Below are positions 13,882 to 24,700 of a DNA stretch of 64,000 bases, piece after piece; the stretch's first letter is position 1; each line of letters opens with the position of its first letter. The notes beneath the pieces were generated by a model, which was given only the letters and a program-made list of their open reading frames with translations, was not told the origin of the DNA and searched no databases. Source of the stretch: Octopus vulgaris (Eukaryota); the NCBI GenBank assembly GCA_951406725.2, contig OX597816.1:22878001-22942000 (forward strand), read 5' to 3'. The position numbers and the translations under genes are program-made.

Positions 13882-15945
13882 CTAAATCTCGTTATCGATA
13901 TCATTTGCGTTCAGCCGTCCTATAAAACGTTCCCAAAACATTTCTTCATATTGTTCGTCGTTCGGCCATTCGAGGTACGTTTTCTGTTTCAGTAAAATTC
14001 CAAGCCTTTTAGTTTGTAAATTCGACGGAATTTCATTTAACAAAACAGGAATGATAATATCGTAGTGCTCTTCTAAGATCTTTTGCTGGGCAATACTTGC
14101 TTCAAACTGGCACCAGCTACTCTGAGCAAAATCATTTGACAACACTAGAACAACCTTACGGCTTTGTTGCATGCTGTCTACGATATTATCAACAATATCG
14201 TTTCCAACCAAAAAGTCCCTGTCATGCAAACATAAATTGAAATGGTTTTCTTCTTCTATAATGGGTAAAAGTTTATTCAGAACCCAGTTGACGTCAGTGC
14301 TGCAATAACATATGAACGCATCGTACTTATATTGGCCATTATTAACGAGCGCTTTGTATTTTCTCTTTCTTACTAATGATTGGTAAATACAGAGGCGAAT
14401 CGACCATCGTTTTGTATATGATAATATTGCTGTAAATACAAACATCACTGCCAGCACAGCTACAATCACTCCAGCAACGGCGATAGAAGATGGTTTGTTT
14501 ATGTTTTCACAGTAATCCCAGCTTAGAGAAAAATTTCGCAAATGAACGTGACCAAGTGAGTTGGGACTGAAGCAACGGTAAATTTTGTAATTCTTCAATC
14601 GCCCTGCATTTTTCCGTGACCAGTCTCGAAACCAGAGTGTTTTGCAGTCACAAACGAACGGGTTGTTTGAGAGATCAATCTTCAGTTTCTCGTTGCTGAA
14701 TAGTAACTGTGAAAATAATTTTGGATTAACATAGATAATTTTATTATGCTTTAACTCCAGTTTACGCAATACTCTCATAGCTGAGCAATTCGCTTTGTTC
14801 CATTTGCTAACAGTTGTATAACAAATGGAAAGTTTTGTAAGATTGTTCATATTACAAATCGAATCTGGAACGCTTCTAACCTGCCCATCAGTAATCTTCA
14901 GATTTTCCAGTTTAGTCAGTGGCTTAAGTAAATCGTTGGCGTTTATGTTACTGACATTTCTCAGAATCAAATTTCTTAGCTGTGTGCACGACTTTAATAA
15001 CGAAGACGGTTTGCCTTCGTTAACATCAACATGCATGTTAATTAGCTCCACTGATTCCAATAATTTGAGTTTGAAGACGTTTCGCTCAAATCTTACGATA
15101 CGGTGATTACGAGATACTAAACTTACTGCTCGTAGATGTTTCAATTTCTGGAAAACATCCGAGCTGATTAAATAGATATCACCAACATAGATACCCAGTG
15201 TATGTAGACGGTCTAATCCTTTGAAAAAATTGCTGTTTAGGTAAGTAAGTCCTGATAAACCTAAGAACAGCTTTTCAAGTTTTGGGTAAAATATAAATCC
15301 TGATTCATTTCTAAATGTTGGTAAAATTGAAATTTCGTTATGATACAAATCTAGATAAGTCAAATTAGGAAGATATCCCCAGTCGGTAACTCTGGTAATA
15401 CCGTCTCTTTGAAGAACAAGTTGTTCTAATCGATCTATACCGGTGAAATAGCTGCCATCAAAACGTAACATTGTAGATTGATCTATGATAATTGTTGAAA
15501 CGTTAGTTCCTCTGAGACCATCAAATATATCTTTAGTCAAATATTCCAAATTCATTTCAGTGAAAACTAAATTTTTTGTAGTCAGTGGTAAACCAAACAG
15601 CACATTTCGTAATTCTGGAAGGGGCAACTGAAGATTAATAATTTCGAATTCTTCTATATACTTCAAAGACTTAAATACATCATTAGTAGATGTCTTAAGC
15701 CGGGTGGATTTAATTAACAAATGTTCTAGTAAGGGCAGTTCTGTCAAATTTTGAAAGGTTTGGTTGTCCCAATTGTGAATTTTTAGATCTGTGAATGTTA
15801 CAGATGTAGTGTACTTTGGTAAAATTGGAACAAAATGGCTCCCATAACATACGTATCTATCTTTTCTTATAACGCGACATCCTTTCACTTCACTACATGA
15901 AACATGACATATCAGGAAGAGTACGCTTAGAGACAAAGAATTCAT
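13882..15945 (-). CDS. Toll-like receptor (single cysteine cluster type), paralogue 1, 687 aa
   Basis: Uninterrupted ORF: signal peptide (MNSLSLSVLFLICHVSCS), LRRs (e.g. LPNLTYLDLYHNEI, LRKLELKHNKI), LRR-CT (LSNNPFVCDC..W..CFSP..C), TM helix (IAVAGVIVAVLAVMFVFTAIL), TIR domain (YDAFICY, LCLHDRDF, SRKVVLVLSNDFAQSSWCQFE, YLEWP..FW). Confidence 0.96.
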   Translation of the reverse strand: MNSLSLSVLFLICHVSCSEVKGCRVIRKDRYVCYGSHFVPILPKYTTSVTFTDLKIHNWDNQTFQNLTELPLLEHLLIKSTRLKTSTNDVFKSLKYIEEFEIINLQLPLPELRNVLFGLPLTTKNLVFTEMNLEYLTKDIFDGLRGTNVSTIIIDQSTMLRFDGSYFTGIDRLEQLVLQRDGITRVTDWGYLPNLTYLDLYHNEISILPTFRNESGFIFYPKLEKLFLGLSGLTYLNSNFFKGLDRLHTLGIYVGDIYLISSDVFQKLKHLRAVSLVSRNHRIVRFERNVFKLKLLESVELINMHVDVNEGKPSSLLKSCTQLRNLILRNVSNINANDLLKPLTKLENLKITDGQVRSVPDSICNMNNLTKLSICYTTVSKWNKANCSAMRVLRKLELKHNKIIYVNPKLFSQLLFSNEKLKIDLSNNPFVCDCKTLWFRDWSRKNAGRLKNYKIYRCFSPNSLGHVHLRNFSLSWDYCENINKPSSIAVAGVIVAVLAVMFVFTAILSYTKRWSIRLCIYQSLVRKRKYKALVNNGQYKYDAFICYCSTDVNWVLNKLLPIIEEENHFNLCLHDRDFLVGNDIVDNIVDSMQQSRKVVLVLSNDFAQSSWCQFEASIAQQKILEEHYDIIIPVLLNEIPSNLQTKRLGILLKQKTYLEWPNDEQYEEMFWERFIGRLNANDIDNEI

Positions 15946-16027
15946 TGTGCAGAAATTTAGTTACGAATTTGGATGGGTTGATCTACAAAGCTTCATTCTA
16001 TTCAGGTCGTCAACATTTCATCCATAT

Positions 16028-16040
16028 CTGAAATAGTTCA
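16028..16040 (-). promoter_or_regulatory. Putative 3' splice acceptor upstream of the TLR1-copy coding exon
   Basis: Minus strand reads GAACTATTTCAG|AT about 80 nt upstream of the ATG; conserved in unit 2 at about 38591-38603. Confidence 0.5.
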
Positions 16041-16507
16041 AACGAGACACTACACTTAATATTACAAACAAAAGAATTTATATTACAAAACACTAAAACT
16101 AAATCACATTCGGACAATGTAGCATGAAATAAACATATTTTAGTGAATCCTATAAGGGACAATATTTAGTATATAATATGTTAAATTTTAAATTCAGCAA
16201 TATGCTTCTTGCTCTAGATCTAGAGGGGAAGAAATTATTATCGATTATTCCAAATCTATTGATAATAAACACCACTAATAAGGACACAATGCTAATTTTA
16301 CGGGAGAGTAAAGACAAGTACATCGACCCTCACCTATATATTTCTCGTATTTATTTTTCTGACAAAGACTCTTAAAGTTGCCCTTGAGAAGCCATACACC
16401 CTTAAACGCAACTCGTATATACCTTAAAACATATCATTCATACTCTGAGGCTCAGCTTCATCAGCCATGCATCCCTCTCAACTGAAAAGCAAATGTAAGA
16501 TCGTAGT

Positions 16508-16545
<38 letters not shown>

Positions 16546-16546
<1 letters not shown>

Positions 16547-17887
16547 GTTTAAATATTTGTTGTGCAAGGTTTTTTATGTGAAGTCGTGTGTTGAAACAGA
16601 TATTGTTGTATTTAGGAATGGTCATTTTGCCAGTTTAGCCAATAAATAGGGAAGGCCAACTCTTGGTATGATAGCCATAAATACCATAGTGTCATGTTCG
16701 TTGACACCACCCCTGGAGGTGAACTGGCGTATCGCTTTAGAAGGACCCTAGACAAACTTAAGCTAAGAATTAAGGTTGTTGAAAAGCCAGGCAACACTAT
16801 CAAGTCTATAATTGGTAGAACCTATCCTTTTAGTAGAACCCCCTGTACGGATAAGTACTGTACTGTATGTATATTTAGCCCACAAATAAACTGTAAAGCC
16901 AGAAATGTAGTCTATAGTATAAGATGTATAGAGGGACGATGCAGTAACAAGACAACGACATATGTAGGGGAAACGGCAAGAAGCATAGGAGGGCGGGTAA
17001 ATGTGCATTGGAGACAACTCAAGGAAGGTAAAAGCTCATCGATTCCGTACCAACACGCCGAACAAGAACACGGGGGATCAACCAATAACATAGAAATTAA
17101 AATATTATCCACACATAGATCAGCTGCAACAATTAGACAAATTACAGAAGCTACACACATAATAGAAAATAAACCTAGCCTGAATAGAAAACTAGAATGG
17201 AGCACTAACACACACCACAACATATGACGATAGAGGATCCTGAAAACATAATAAATACACAGATAAATAAATAAACTAATAGAAATAAATAACTATATAT
17301 ATATATATATGTATATGTATATATATATGTATATATATAATTTTTTTCTTTTTTTTTCGATTCAATTTATTATTATTATTACTAGTATTGTTGTTATACA
17401 TACATACATACATACATACAAGCATATGTAATGACAATAATGGGTGGATGTAAACACATGAACAAAATAACAATAAACAAAAACAACAAAAACAAAAAAC
17501 AAAATACAAAATACAAATTACATGAACATATAAAATTACAAATTACATGAACATATATAAACAGAAGATATAAATATTACAGGCATCCCCCACATACACA
17601 CACTAAATAAACATAAACGTACATAGAGATATTAGCATGCGCAAATGAAGACATACAATAGAAATACAAAATGGCTGACGGTTAGTAAGGAGAGACACAA
17701 ATAAGTAAGAAGAAAACAAAGGACCACTTATGCGGTCACAGGAGTGTGACGAAAGAACTCTGGCCGAAATAAGATTAAGATTAATGTAAAAAATGAATAA
17801 CACTGAAGCAAAGTAACACCAAATATATAGTGCGTGTGTTTTTATTGGCTAAACTGGCAAAATGACCATTCCTAAATACAACAATAT
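16546..17887 (+). mobile_element. 5'-truncated Penelope-like element with GIY-YIG endonuclease (ORF 16694-17227) and inverted terminal segment
   Basis: C..C..C upstream of NVVYSIRC...YVGETARSIGGRVNVH...H..H...RQITEA..I..KPSLN, the PLE GIY-YIG signature; 47-bp inverted repeat 16600-16646 / 17841-17887; in (TA)n. Confidence 0.9.
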
Positions 17888-17922
17888 ATATATATATATA
17901 TATATATTATTTTATAGAAGGA

Positions 17923-17971
17923 GCTTCTACAGGACTAGAACTGTTTCATTCAAAAGAAATCATCAGGAAGC
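17923..17971 (-). ncRNA. Type I hammerhead ribozyme motif, solo, between (TA)n tracts
   Basis: Minus strand GCTTC CTGATGA T TTC TTTT GAA T GAA ACAG TTCTAGTC CTGT A GAAGC: stem I GCTTC/GAAGC, stem III ACAG/CTGT, GUA triplet; weak stem II with a U-U first pair. Confidence 0.7.
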
Positions 17972-18023
17972 ACCTTATTGAGTACCTTATTTACTGTGGT
18001 TAACCCCGACTCAACCCGGGACC

Positions 18024-18079
<56 letters not shown>

Positions 18080-18841
18080 TGTGTGCAGAGTGGAGGTGAG
18101 TGCGCGTGTGTTTAGAGTTATCAGTCACGTTAGAAGATAGCATATCCGCCTAAATGAGAGTAATTCTTGAAACTAAGATAGCATTTCATTCTTTATGATA
18201 TTTATTTTATAATTTATTTCTAGTCTGGCTTCACAGATGTCTTTCAGTCAATAGCTATACAGAGCAATTTAAGAGAGAGTTCTCCCTCGACGACGATGGA
18301 ATATGAAAATATACAGTAAAAACAGCAGCTAGTGAGGGGCGGATGTGCACAGAGGGACTAAAGCATATGGGGTTAGTCCCGTTTGAAATACTGAGGAAAT
18401 AACACGAAGATGTAAATGACCAACAGCTGTAGACACTTCCGTCTCACAATGTCTCAACAATGCTTGACAGTTGGTAATTTTGCGTAATGGACAAGGTTGA
18501 AGTGACTAAAGCCCTGGTGATATTTTAATCATTTTGTTTAATAAGAGTAATGATAAAGAACATAAAGAAATACGAAGAGGAGTTGAATTTGACTGCCACA
18601 TATATTCCGCTGCTGAAAGGAAACACGGTAAACATGAATATTACCGTTAACGAAAACACATAAGCCCTAGTGCAGCTGGAAGATGGAGATGTTCGCGGGA
18701 AGGACGCAAATCAAGACGAGAAGGATCTCACTTCACATTTCTATCCTCACTGAGGCCGCATAGCAGAATGAAACTGCTCTCACGTCAAAGATCCAAACTC
18801 CCTCATGACGACTCTCCACTCTGAGGAATTAGCGGGAAAAA

Positions 18842-18886
<45 letters not shown>

Positions 18887-18889
<3 letters not shown>

Positions 18890-19190
18890 CGCAATGGCCC
18901 AGTGCTTAGGGCAGCGGACACGCCGTCGTAGGATCGCAGTTCCGATTCCCACACCGGGCGTTGTGATTGTTTATTGAGCGAAAACACCTAAATAGCTCCA
19001 CGAGGCTCCGGCAGGGGTTGGTGATCCCTGCTGTACTCTTTCACCACACTTTCTTTCACTCTTTCTTCTGTTGGCCTGCTCGCTTAACTAGCGGGGTGGC
19101 GTCATTCGAAGGCTAAAACAATGCGAACGCATTGTGACCAGCGATGTGTAATAACATCTGATGATCTGGTCGGTCACGTGTTCACGTGAT
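18887..19190 (+). mobile_element. tRNA-derived SINE with family A head and a different tail
   Basis: GGCGCAATGGCCCAGTG..CCGATTCCC head; in (TA)n; absent at the corresponding unit 2 site (about 41830-41865). Confidence 0.85.
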
Positions 19191-19241
19191 ATATATATAT
19201 ATAGGATTATTAAAATTATAATTTCGGATATCTAAGAGATA

Positions 19242-19584
19242 ACACTACGCTGGAAATAGCAGCCAAAACTTCACTCTAAAACCACACCAAACGCCTACAC
19301 AACACCAGGAGAGAAGACAGAAAGACAAAACAAACGAGTAAAAAATTACTAGATAAATCTAGATCCCGAACATCTGACTTCGCATAAGAAACGCCCCGCC
19401 TCATCAGTGGAATATACACAAATAGCACATAATAGCATATATTCCACTGATGTGACTGGGCGTTTCTAATAATGAGGTCCGGGATCTGGAATTATACAGT
19501 AATTTTTTGTCTTCTCTCCTGGTACTGTGTGAGCGTTTGGTGTGATTTTAGAGTCAGGTTTTGGCTGCTATTTCCAGCGTGGTG
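19242..19584. repeat. Imperfect inverted repeat (old fold-back element); duplicate at about 41904-42222
   Basis: 19242-19415 pairs with 19438-19584; one arm retains CTGATGA; carries the GAAATAGCAGCCAAA motif. Confidence 0.78.
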
Positions 19585-19920
19585 GTAACACTTAGATAGT
19601 TAGCAACTTCCTTGTCTTTCTCTCTAAGCGAATTCGTTCGCCTATTTTCCATGCGAGTACTTCTGCTCTATATGAAAGAGTGAAGCCGCCCAAGTATTGA
19701 TAGCTTCGGTCTTATTCCGTCCATTTAATTTCGACTCTAGGATCAGTCTCAGTCTGCGAATATTCTCCACCTAAACTTTTTCTATCATTTCTCTCTCCAT
19801 CAATTTATCTATTTCCAAAATCATCGCCAGAACTTATTCTTTGCCGAACTGCTAAGTTACGGGGACGTAAAAACACCAGCAACGGTTGTCAAACCATGTT
19901 GGGGGAAAGACAAAGACACA

Positions 19921-19958
<38 letters not shown>

Positions 19959-19960
19959 TT

Positions 19961-20572
<612 letters not shown>

Positions 20573-20603
20573 ATATATATTTATATATATATATATTTAT
20601 ATA

Positions 20604-20700
<97 letters not shown>

Positions 20701-20965
20701 TAAGGGTGAGAGAATTAGATACTAATTTAATAGTATATTTATTCCACACCAAGTGGCCTAGTGCTACGAGAAACCTGGATTATTATAATATTTTATAACA
20801 TATTATAATATTTTCACAAAATAAATATAAGAGAGTGGTCACTATATTGATCACTCTAGCACCAGTTAATCCAAAAGGTTTCAACCACGAAAATACATGT
20901 TTCCCATGAAAGCCAGTACGACTGTTAGCTCACACGGACAGGGCAAATAAAAAATAACAAAAATA

Positions 20966-21059
20966 CAGATTATTTTGGGACAATTGTTTCGCTATTAATG
21001 AATTAAATGTAATATTACTTACAATAATCCATTTGTAGCTCGTCAGCCAAGACTATCTG
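20966..21059 (-). ncRNA. Type I hammerhead ribozyme motif (533-bp unit, copy 1)
   Basis: Reverse complement of the motif at 22321-22414. Confidence 0.85.
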
Positions 21060-21498
21060 GATGAAATCCACTCAATCACACGCCAGATTTTACCATAACG
21101 ATAAATACGCGTGTGGTTCAATTGATTACATCCGACGTTATAATTCAAATGCCCCAACCAACAGCGCGCCAAACTCTCACGGAAAACAAATACAGCATTT
21201 AGAAATAAATGCAGCATAATTATAATTAATTAATAAGGGTGAGAGAATTAGATACTAATTTAATAGTATATTTATTCCACACCAAGTGGCCTAGTGCTAC
21301 GAGAAACCTGGATTATTATAATATTTTATAACATATTATAATATTTTCACAAAATAAATATAAGAGAGTGGTCACTATATTGATCACTCTAGCACCAGTT
21401 AATCCAAAAGGTTTCAACCACGAAAATACATGTTTCCCATGAAAGCCAGTACGACTGTTAGCTCACACGGACAGGGCAAATAAAAAATAACAAAAATA

Positions 21499-21592
21499 CA
21501 GATTATTTTGGGACAATTGTTTCGCTATTAATGAATTAAATGTAATATTACTTACAATAATCCATTTGTAGCTCGTCAGCCAAGACTATCTG
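21499..21592 (-). ncRNA. Type I hammerhead ribozyme motif (533-bp unit, copy 2)
   Basis: Identical copy, +533. Confidence 0.85.
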
Positions 21593-22031
21593 GATGAAAT
21601 CCACTCAATCACACGCCAGATTTTACCATAACGATAAATACGCGTGTGGTTCAATTGATTACATCCGACGTTATAATTCAAATGCCCCAACCAACAGCGC
21701 GCCAAACTCTCACGGAAAACAAATACAGCATTTAGAAATAAATGCAGCATAATTATAATTAATTAATAAGGGTGAGAGAATTAGATACTAATTTAATAGT
21801 ATATTTATTCCACACCAAGTGGCCTAGTGCTACGAGAAACCTGGATTATTATAATATTTTATAACATATTATAATATTTTCACAAAATAAATATAAGAGA
21901 GTGGTCACTATATTGATCACTCTAGCACCAGTTAATCCAAAAGGTTTCAACCACGAAAATACATGTTTCCCATGAAAGCCAGTACGACTGTTAGCTCACA
22001 CGGACAGGGCAAATAAAAAATAACAAAAATA

Positions 22032-22125
22032 CAGATTATTTTGGGACAATTGTTTCGCTATTAATGAATTAAATGTAATATTACTTACAATAATCCATTT
22101 GTAGCTCGTCAGCCAAGACTATCTG
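22032..22125 (-). ncRNA. Type I hammerhead ribozyme motif (533-bp unit, copy 3)
   Basis: Identical copy, +533. Confidence 0.85.
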
Positions 22126-22320
22126 GATGAAATCCACTCAATCACACGCCAGATTTTACCATAACGATAAATACGCGTGTGGTTCAATTGATTACATCCG
22201 ACGTTATAATTCAAATGCCCCAACCAACAGCGCGCCAAACTCTCACGGAAAACAAATACAGCATTTAGAAATAAATGCAGCATAATTATAATTCTGGCGT
22301 GTGATTGAGTGGATTTCATC

Positions 22321-22414
22321 CAGATAGTCTTGGCTGACGAGCTACAAATGGATTATTGTAAGTAATATTACATTTAATTCATTAATAGCGAAACAATTGT
22401 CCCAAAATAATCTG
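22321..22414 (+). ncRNA. Type I hammerhead ribozyme motif (533-bp unit, copy 4)
   Basis: Stem I CAGAT..TTGG / CCAA..ATCTG; CTGACGA (22334-40); stem II GCTA/TAGC extended by ATGGATTA/TAATTCAT and TGTAA/TTACA; GAAAC; palindromic stem III ACAATTGT; GTC cleavage triplet ending at 22401. Confidence 0.88.
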
Positions 22415-22853
22415 TATTTTTGTTATTTTTTATTTGCCCTGTCCGTGTGAGCTAACAGTCGTACTGGCTTTCATGGGAAACATGTATTTTCGTGGTTGAA
22501 ACCTTTTGGATTAACTGGTGCTAGAGTGATCAATATAGTGACCACTCTCTTATATTTATTTTGTGAAAATATTATAATATGTTATAAAATATTATAATAA
22601 TCCAGGTTTCTCGTAGCACTAGGCCACTTGGTGTGGAATAAATATACTATTAAATTAGTATCTAATTCTCTCACCCTTATTAATTAATTATAATTATGCT
22701 GCATTTATTTCTAAATGCTGTATTTGTTTTCCGTGAGAGTTTGGCGCGCTGTTGGTTGGGGCATTTGAATTATAACGTCGGATGTAATCAATTGAACCAC
22801 ACGCGTATTTATCGTTATGGTAAAATCTGGCGTGTGATTGAGTGGATTTCATC

Positions 22854-22947
22854 CAGATAGTCTTGGCTGACGAGCTACAAATGGATTATTGTAAGTAATA
22901 TTACATTTAATTCATTAATAGCGAAACAATTGTCCCAAAATAATCTG
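22854..22947 (+). ncRNA. Type I hammerhead ribozyme motif (533-bp unit, copy 5)
   Basis: Identical copy, +533. Confidence 0.85.
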
Positions 22948-23386
22948 TATTTTTGTTATTTTTTATTTGCCCTGTCCGTGTGAGCTAACAGTCGTACTGG
23001 CTTTCATGGGAAACATGTATTTTCGTGGTTGAAACCTTTTGGATTAACTGGTGCTAGAGTGATCAATATAGTGACCACTCTCTTATATTTATTTTGTGAA
23101 AATATTATAATATGTTATAAAATATTATAATAATCCAGGTTTCTCGTAGCACTAGGCCACTTGGTGTGGAATAAATATACTATTAAATTAGTATCTAATT
23201 CTCTCACCCTTATTAATTAATTATAATTATGCTGCATTTATTTCTAAATGCTGTATTTGTTTTCCGTGAGAGTTTGGCGCGCTGTTGGTTGGGGCATTTG
23301 AATTATAACGTCGGATGTAATCAATTGAACCACACGCGTATTTATCGTTATGGTAAAATCTGGCGTGTGATTGAGTGGATTTCATC

Positions 23387-23480
23387 CAGATAGTCTTGGC
23401 TGACGAGCTACAAATGGATTATTGTAAGTAATATTACATTTAATTCATTAATAGCGAAACAATTGTCCCAAAATAATCTG
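23387..23480 (+). ncRNA. Type I hammerhead ribozyme motif (533-bp unit, copy 6)
   Basis: Identical copy, +533. Confidence 0.85.
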
Positions 23481-23625
23481 TATTTTTGTTATTTTTTATT
23501 TGCCCTGTCCGTGTGAGCTAACAGTCGTACTGGCTTTCATGGGAAACATGTATTTTCGTGGTTGAAACCTTTTGGATTAACTGGTGCTAGAGTGATCAAT
23601 ATAGTGACCACTCTCTTATATTTAT

Positions 23626-23771
<146 letters not shown>

Positions 23772-24130
23772 CTACGAGGGAATTCTTTCAGTTTCCCTCT
23801 ACCAAATCCACTCACAAGGCTTTGGTCGGCCCGAAGCTATAGTAGGAGACGCTTGCCCAAGATGCCTTAGCAGCGGGACTGAACCCGGATCCGTTTGGTT
23901 GGTAAGCAAGCTACTTACGACACAGTCACTCCTACTCCATTCCTTTGTTATAATTATCTATATAATAGTAAAACATTTTTAATATACATACATACATATA
24001 TGTGTGTGTGTGTGCGTACGTGTGTGTATGTGTACGTTTGTGCGTGTGAGTATGTGTATTTATACATACGCGTTTGAATACTGATGACAATAGATATATG
24101 TACCTGTAGATGTGTGGGTGTGTATATATA

Positions 24131-24700
24131 TCTATATATATAAAACTGAGAATGTGTGTATGTCTGACTGTCTGTCTCTCTGTGTGTTTCCCTAAACTTG
24201 AGAACTAAACAACCAAAAGCATTGAAATTTTACACATGCCTTACTTAGGGTCCATGTAGTTTCATGGCAAAAAATTTTCAACTTTTTGACTAGGGCGAGT
24301 CCATATCAATATCATATCTTCTCCACTATTTCAGTATTATGTGTTGAAAGTGAAACAAAAACATTTCTCTATTTTATGTCAGATACTTTTACTTTAATAC
24401 TACAAATTAGAGATAATAATAACAATTGAATTATATGTAGTAAGTAATATTTAAAATCAAACTAAAGTATAATATAATCGTAACATGACAAAAGTAAAAA
24501 TAGCAATTGCTATAAAATTGCATCACTGACTTGAACTTGAATACGTGGTTTCACATGAATGGGAATAAATTAAAAATAAAATTAGCATGCAGAAATGGAA
24601 TAGTCCAGATGGACTATTATACATAAATAACTATAGCTTCAACTGCGTACTGCTTTTTGTTGTCATTATTATTACTGTTTGACTATTGTTATCACGTTTG
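24131..24700 (+). mobile_element. Probable 5' part of a Helitron-like element
   Basis: Starts TCTATATATATAAAACTG followed by (TGTC)n and GAAATTTTACAC; 3' end not identified. Confidence 0.45.

Noticed and set aside
14825-15106. Antisense ORFs over the TLRs (also 37388, 38036) and the 65-aa ORFs at 16178 and 38741
   Set aside because: Shadow frames, or conservation explained by the recent duplication; no recognisable motifs.
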